In this document: piece by piece, positions 63,454 to 64,000 of the stretch
Numbering within the stretch: the stretch's first letter is position 1
Layout of the letters: each line of letters opens with the position of its first letter
Made by a program: the position numbers and the translations under genes
The notes under the pieces: generated by a model
What the model saw: only the letters and a program-made list of their open reading frames with translations
Database searches by the model: none
Told to the model about the DNA's origin: nothing
Source of the DNA: Actinomycetota bacterium
GTDB lineage: Bacteria; Actinomycetota; UBA4738; HRBIN12
Assembly: GCA_036281075.1 (NCBI GenBank)
Contig: DASUPO010000098.1
Coordinates: forward strand, 5,082 to 69,081
DNA length: 64,000 nucleotides
Direction of reading: 5' to 3'

Positions 63454-64000
63454 CTAGGGTCGGTCCACCCGCCTGAGCCGGACGACCACCGGCGTCCCGT
63501 CCAGCTCGACGTCCTGACGGAACCCGTCCACGTCGTCGCGGATCGACGAGGCGAGGGTCTCCTCCGCGATCTCCTCCCGGTGCGCGTCGAACGCCGCCGC
63601 CGGTTCGCCCGCGGTCTCGACCGCGAGCTCGATCCGATCGGTCACCTCGAGGCCAGCGGCTTTCCGCGCGTCGTTCACGATCCGGATCAGCTCCCTCGCC
63701 AGGCCCTCGGAGCGGAGCGTGGGCGTGACGTCGAGTTCGAGCGCGACCGTGACGTCCCCCTCGGCGGCCACCCCCATGCCCGAGCGGGCGTCGCGCGCGA
63801 GCTGGACGTCGCCCGGCCCGATCGAGGTCGACGCGCCATCGACCTCGATCTCCACCCGCTCGCCGCCGGCGAGCCGCGCCGCGAGCGTGCCGTCGTCGCG
63901 GGCCAGCGCCGCTGCGACCGCCTGCACGCGTGACCCCAGTCGCGGCCCGAGGGCCTTGAAGTCGGGTTTGGCCCGCCAGGGCCCGAACGCATCGGCGGAG
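63454..64000 (-). CDS. ileS: isoleucine--tRNA ligase, C-terminal part (the gene continues beyond the window end)
   Basis: ...LELDVTPTLRSEGLARELIRIVNDARKAAGLEVTDRIEL matches the IleS C-terminal domain. It is convergent with divIVA. Confidence 0.8.
   Translation of the reverse strand, partial: SADAFGPWRAKPDFKALGPRLGSRVQAVAAALARDDGTLAARLAGGERVEIEVDGASTSIGPGDVQLARDARSGMGVAAEGDVTVALELDVTPTLRSEGLARELIRIVNDARKAAGLEVTDRIELAVETAGEPAAAFDAHREEIAEETLASSIRDDVDGFRQDVELDGTPVVVRLRRVDRP

Noticed and set aside
1-64000. CRISPR arrays, rRNA genes, IS elements/transposases, prophage integrases
   Set aside because: No short regularly spaced direct repeats. No transposase-like or integrase-like ORFs. No rRNA-like conserved stretches were seen on either strand.

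Overview
This window is high-GC (roughly 70% or more) bacterial chromosome with actinobacterial-type organisation. It carries a PASTA Ser/Thr kinase, sepF, divIVA, a dcw cluster without ftsA, and GAAC-N4-GTTC LexA boxes. Coding density is high on both strands. Most of the long six-frame ORFs are antisense or GC-driven artefacts and were discarded.

Supported content, left to right:
- 300–5.6 kb: a cyclic-2,3-diphosphoglycerate-synthetase-like gene, carbamate kinase, an EEP phosphoesterase and two tandem phosphofructokinases.
- 5.8–11.7 kb: threonine aldolase, a sulfite-oxidase-like Mo enzyme, a CBS protein, endonuclease IV and a PknB-like PASTA kinase.
- 11.7–15.3 kb: a TPP riboswitch in front of thiE, followed by an AIR-synthase-like gene and psuK–psuG.
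- 15.2–32 kb: a UDP-sulfoquinovose synthase (sqdB) with a membrane-anchored GT2 polyprenol-phosphate-type glycosyltransferase, four paralogous large polytopic membrane proteins, a GT2–methyltransferase fusion, a class-V aminotransferase, ornithine aminotransferase and an exported sulfatase.
- 30.2–39 kb: a DNA-damage locus with a UdgX-type uracil-DNA glycosylase plus a decayed paralog, an ANT-like nucleotidyltransferase, DUF2630, and two LexA (Cheo/SOS) boxes, one overlapping the start of a dnaE2–dinB operon.
- 39–45.3 kb: DUF3040, a MerR regulator, a MoxR–DUF58–transglutaminase triad and an HNH endonuclease.
- 45.3–64 kb: a complete dcw cell-division cluster (mraZ-rsmH-ftsL-ftsI-murE-murF-mraY-murD-ftsW-murG-murC-murB-ftsQ-ftsZ), then yggS-sepF-yggT-divIVA and a convergent ileS 3' end.

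The best candidate for an undescribed system is the sqdB-centred cluster. It looks like a sulfoquinovose-charged polyprenol-phosphate 'three-component' glycosylation system with four paralogous GT-C-like transferases. No CRISPR array, rRNA, tRNA or obvious IS element was seen.
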